In this document: positions 59,630-64,000 of the stretch, piece after piece
Numbering within the stretch: position 1 is the first letter of the stretch
Layout: each line of letters begins with the position of its first letter
Origin: Diplonema japonicum
Taxonomy: Eukaryota; Protista; Euglenozoa: Diplonemea
Direction: 5' to 3'
DNA length: 64,000 bases
Assembly (NCBI GenBank): GCA_964019335.1
Contig: OZ025661.1
Span: 310,001 to 374,000 of the forward strand
The notes under the pieces: generated by a model
Database searches by the model: none
Seen by the model: only the letters and a program-made list of their open reading frames with translations
Told to the model about the DNA's origin: nothing
Made by a program: the position numbers and the translations under genes

Positions 59630-59633
<4 letters not shown>

Positions 59634-60129
59634 GCATCCTCGGCGAACACCTCTTCCACAGTAAGCGCTTCTTCACGTGTTTTAAACTGGACTATAATGT
59701 CTCCAGGCTTGAACATGAACCTTTATGTGGGTAATTTCTTTTTCCTCCCCTGCCCTTCCAGTAACATACCCGTCCTTCAATATGATACCACATTCCATCC
59801 CAACTTCCACCTTTTGAACTTCATCTTTCAGATGCCTCAATGACTTAATGTGTCCAGGTCCATCAGCTCTGTAAACTTCTACAGGTTCATCACCAAGGTT
59901 CTCAACCCGAAGGACCTTGATGACTCCTTGTGTATGAATTTTGCCAGACGAGACAAAACACCCACCTACATTTCCAGCCTTTTCCTTGGAAAAGCTGAAA
60001 ACTTGCTTCACCTCTGCACGGGCCTCCTCTGAGTCCACTGTCCTTGGAGGGTAGAATGTTACCATCTTCTCTTTAATACTGTCGATCATGTCGTATATCA
60101 CTTCTACAAGGACTGGAGCATGCTGCGAT

Positions 60130-60166
<37 letters not shown>

Positions 60167-60316
60167 CTCTTTTTCCCCGATGCAAAACAAACCTTGAACT
60201 CACTCAATGATGCATTCCCCACCGCCACACCAAGCACCATGGAGGAGTCGGGGTGGTGGTTGAACAGGGAACCATCCTCGTCGCTCACGTCGCCCACTCC
60301 TTTGTGGATAACCTTT

Positions 60317-60349
<33 letters not shown>

Positions 60350-62122
60350 GGTATACCCTCAGCAAAACCCTATCCAGCTTGGGAATGAGCCCAACAGCCG
60401 CCTCCATGGCGTCGGCCATCCCCATGGTGTTCGCCTTGAGGATCAGTCGAAGTTGCGGGGTGTTGTCTCGTCGTTGTTTCCCTCTAAGAGCCTGAGTATT
60501 TTTTTTTTTTTTTTTTTTCTTCCAATTTTTTGTTTCGATACCTCGTCAGGGATGTCTGATCTTGGGTTCCAGAACAGAAGTTTTTCCTCTTGCTGCAGGG
60601 CGCTGAACCACTTCTCCTTGTTCACCTTTGCCCTGTTGAAGTCGGTCCAGAAGTGTTTCCACTCTTTTGCGTCTATTCTCCTCCCGGCGTCGATGACCAA
60701 GCTGTTCGGTGACGGCACGCTCATCCCCCACCCGACAAGCGACGCTGGCTGCCCCGGGCCCGCTTCTTGCACATTGTTGCCGTTCTCGTCCAGAATCTGA
60801 GAGATCTTCACAAAGTGTTCCCCTGAGATAACGTTCATTCCTTTCTTAAACACCCCTCGTTTCACAATAACGTTAGCCATGGTACCGCCACCAAGTGCAG
60901 GCCGTTCATCGTTGGCGCTGGCTTTTTTAGATTCGATAACAATTGCCTCCGCACGGCACGGTGTTGGGGTGGACAGCTCGAGCATCTCTGCTTGGAGAAG
61001 AATGTTCTCTAAAAGGGAGTCGATACCGGTTCCCTTCTTGGCTGAGATGGGGGAGTACAGAGTATCACCCCCGAAGGATTCCAATTCGATGCCGTTCGCA
61101 AGGAGGTCGTTCGATATCCTGACAAGATCATGCTCCATGTCCTGCGAGAGATCACACTTGTTGATAGCGACGACAGGCGTGAGACCAGCGTTTTTAATAT
61201 GGTTTATCACCTCAATCGTCTGGTCCTGAACACCACCGGTGATCGACACCACCAAAACTGCAATATCTGTTGCATTAGCGCCTGCTCGGCGCATGTTGTC
61301 AAAAGCAGCATGACCTGGTGTATCGATGAAGGTGATGGGTGTAGCGAAGCCAGGGACTTGTACTCTAAATGCACCGATGGACTGTGTGATCCCACCTGCT
61401 TCTTGTGATGTAATATCGGATTTTCTAAGTAGGTCCAACAGTGTTGTTTTACCGTGATCGACGTGCCCCATGATGGACACCACAGGTGCACGTGGTAGGT
61501 ATTTAATCGATTCAGGTCGGATCTTGGGTTTACCCAATGCTGAGATGCTGTCGACGATGGAGTTCCTGTTGGACTCGTTAACCATTCGTGAGACTCTGAT
61601 GGCGTCTGCGTACTCCTTGAGGTTTTTCATGTTGTCCATGGGGTGGTGCATGGGGCGAGTCCGCATCTCGGATGATGTTTGGGAATATTTCGAAAACGGT
61701 TTTTTTTTAAAGCTTCCGAAGGGCCTCTCGTCTTGTTTCGTCCACGACGACCCTGCTTTGGATTTTTTCTCGCGTTCTAGTTGTTGTTGTGCTCTTGGGT
61801 CATCGAGGCCGCAGAGTTCTTCCCGAACGCGTACTGCTTCTGATGTGAATTTTTTCCAGTTGGCGACAGGAGGTAGTCCCAATCGTTGTCGGTTTCTGTT
61901 GATTAACGCTCTTGTGGTGATGCCGAGGTTGAAGGGCCGGCGTGTTGTGCCCTTCAGGCCTACCTCATCGTCCTCCATCTCCTGCATGTCGTGGAAGGAT
62001 TTTACTTGGTTCGTGCTTCTCCCGTATCTTCCGCCGTCTTGTGCCGTGCTCCATCTCCTCTGTTTTCCAATCCCTCTCGCAAGCCCGGTGGGGACCAACA
62101 GTATATTTCGCACAATATTCAT
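59630..62122 (-). CDS. MTIF2: Translation initiation factor IF-2, mitochondrial type; exons 62122-60542, 60491-60357, 60312-60193, 60122-59770, 59720-59630 (759 aa)
   Basis: RAPVVSIMGHVDHGKTTLLD, EAGGITQSIGAF, ITFIDTPGHAAF..MRRAGA, NKCD, ISAKKG. Four GT-AG introns join LILKA..G..A, VIHKGVGDVS, VIYDMI, IKSLRH..V..GMECGI and FKPGDII in one frame. The N-terminus is basic and presequence-like. Confidence 0.93.
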
Positions 62123-62584
62123 AACTGTGATTTTTTTTTTTTTTTTTTTTTTTTTAGAGGAACAATAAAATAATATAATATTACTCAAAACGACAGAGCG
62201 AGGGGGGGGGGGGGGGGGGGAGCAAGCTGGAGTTACCCTTTTTTTTTCCTCTTTCCTTTTTTGTTTGATACGACTTTCTTTAAAAAAAGAAATCAAACAA
62301 AAGGAGGAAGAAAACAAAAGAGGGAGAGGGGGGGGAACAAAAAAAAAACCCCCCCGCAACTGATTTCTTTTTCTTCTTCTTTTTTTTGCTCTCCCCTGAT
62401 TTTTCCTTGTAAAAAAAAAAAAAAGAATGAGAGGGGGGAAAAAATTAACTGCGAAAAAAAAGGGGCTAAAAAAAAAAAAAAAAAGGGGGGCTTTGATTGC
62501 AACACTAAGTGGCGTTAAGCGTGCAACGAAGCATGAACCATCTACTTGATTACAGGGGGCGCACCTCGGTCAACACGCGAACAC

Positions 62585-62609
62585 CATCTGATGTACTTCT
62601 TATATTTTC
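62585..62609. repeat. Dispersed motif, copy 3 (CATCTGATGTACTTCTTATATTTTC)
   Basis: Differs from copies 1 and 2 by small indels. Confidence 0.8.
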
Positions 62610-62668
62610 ATGTTATCCTCACCACCCAAAGAAAAAAAAAAAGAAGAAAAAAAAATATGCAGGGAAAA

Positions 62669-62702
<34 letters not shown>

Positions 62703-63549
62703 TATGGGTCGATTTCAAACCCCCCCCCAAAAAAATGAGGCCAATTGACACTTTCGTTGCATCTTTGGGCATGCCGCCCCCTTTAAAACTCAAATTAACA
62801 TGCAAACTCCCAGAGCAAAAGCCGCATGCCCTAAAAGGGAGGGGGTATGGTCAGTACTAGGTATCTCTGCGACTCCTCCAACTGCTGATCTCTTCAGGCA
62901 AGAAGCACCCTTCATTGGCTCCCACTAGCGTCCCAGCAGGTTTGGAGAGTACTTTTCCCGACCACGGTCTCCGCATTCGCTCTGTGGACAAGGCTATGGA
63001 GAGCCAGGTCCTTAGTGGCTCCTGCGCGGTTAAAAAAAATTCTCCATATTTCCCGGCCCATATTAGGAAAGAACCCGGGTCAGAAATTGCTCAAGAGTGC
63101 TATTTTGACCTATGAAAAATTCAGTTTTAGGGTCAAAATCGGGTTTTAGTGGTTTTGGTAAAGTCAGAGAGTATGCTTTCAATAGCAAGAAATAGCGGAA
63201 CTCACTACTAGAAGGTGGCTGAAATGATGTTGGAAGTGGAAACCTTCATTTCCTAGTCTTCTGCGGCTGAGATGTGCTGCTGCTGAGTGGGCGACCTCGT
63301 TTCTTTTTCATACTATTAGGCCTTCTTTCGCATTTTGGGGGGGTTTTAAGAGGCTCATTCGTAGGTGTACTTGGTGCTTTGGGCTTGTCATGGGGTGTCA
63401 AGTATTTTTGTAATTTGGTCACTATTCTTTCTCGTTTTTAAAGTCCGGGAAGGCTATCAGGAACGTCCTCATACTCATCACAAGATACATAGACTGGGGG
63501 CCTTTTCTCTGCCCTGTCTGCATCGAGTTCTTTGATGATGTACTTTAGT

Positions 63550-64000
63550 TCCTTCTAGCTCGTGGATGCGAGCAAATACACCCTCCGTGTGCTCCTGAGC
63601 TCATATGCACCTGTAAAATCCGGAAACTCAAGAATCTTCTTTTTGTACGGGCCAAAGACATCAGTAACTACATGCACGGCGCACCGTATCGTATTGGTGA
63701 TGTTAGCTATTTGTTCCACAGTTTTAATTGTTGTGGAACGAGGCACCCAAAGCCAAACACGAGAGAGCACACCAAAGTGGCTGTCCCTGCTGTTTTTGCC
63801 GTGTTTCTCCCCCAGAAACCACAGGGAAAACGTCCGATCAGGATAAACAAAACGAAGACCAAAAGAACAAGTAGCAAAATTCCTTTGCACGAAAGTGACG
63901 CCCACCGTCAGTCCAGAGTATCCACTCCATTTTTTTCTTTACTACTGTGGAACACGTTTTTTCCAACAGTAAGGCCAGCTGCCCTTATTTCGTCATGTGT
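63550..64000 (-). mobile_element. Frameshifted fragment of a putative DDE-type transposase, running off the window
   Basis: WILWTDGGRHFRAKEF (~63930-63880), then after a frameshift WFLGEKHGKNSRDSHFGVLSR. This resembles the W-x-D-x-G-x-HF ... HGK-x-x-x-D-x-x-FG pattern of RNase-H-fold transposase-derived proteins. Superfamily not assigned. Confidence 0.5.

Noticed and set aside
59580-59632. About 50 A residues directly after the IF2 stop, suggesting a processed retrocopy
   Set aside because: The gene retains four introns, and similar tracts are ubiquitous in this window.
1-64000. tRNA or rRNA genes
   Set aside because: None were recognised by eye; tRNAscan-SE and Infernal would be needed to exclude them.

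Overview
Eukaryotic (protist-like) genomic DNA with GC-balanced coding regions and intergenic DNA full of long A/T and G/C homopolymers. All host genes are on the minus strand. The left 55% of the window (35424 to past base 1) is one stop-free, apparently intronless reading frame that the supplied ORF track omits because its stop codon lies outside the window. It encodes a secreted or surface mega-protein of at least 11,808 aa. Its parts are a signal peptide, Ig-like plus C-type-lectin modules resembling bacterial adhesins, at least 18 related vWA domains (CP-x-LD...DGSxS...FGxHPxG signature) separated by Cys/Trp-rich repeats, and a central block of about 32 EGF-like repeats. The right part holds seven genes: a docking-domain/STE-like kinase/unknown-domain fusion, an ankyrin-CaaX protein, an atypical CDK-like kinase, a dual-acylated WD40 protein, a small putatively mitochondrial protein, a ubiquitin-like/ankyrin protein and mitochondrial IF2. 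The WD40 and IF2 genes carry short, A-rich, 3'-clustered GT-AG introns. Mobile DNA includes a decayed piggyBac with both ends and TTAA duplications intact, other transposon and retroelement remnants, MITE-like inverted repeats, a perfect 25-bp hairpin and a 27-nt motif found three times. Taxonomy cannot be fixed from this window; a euglenozoan (diplonemid-like) origin is only a tentative inference. All translations and domain boundaries were read by eye, so internal boundaries are approximate.
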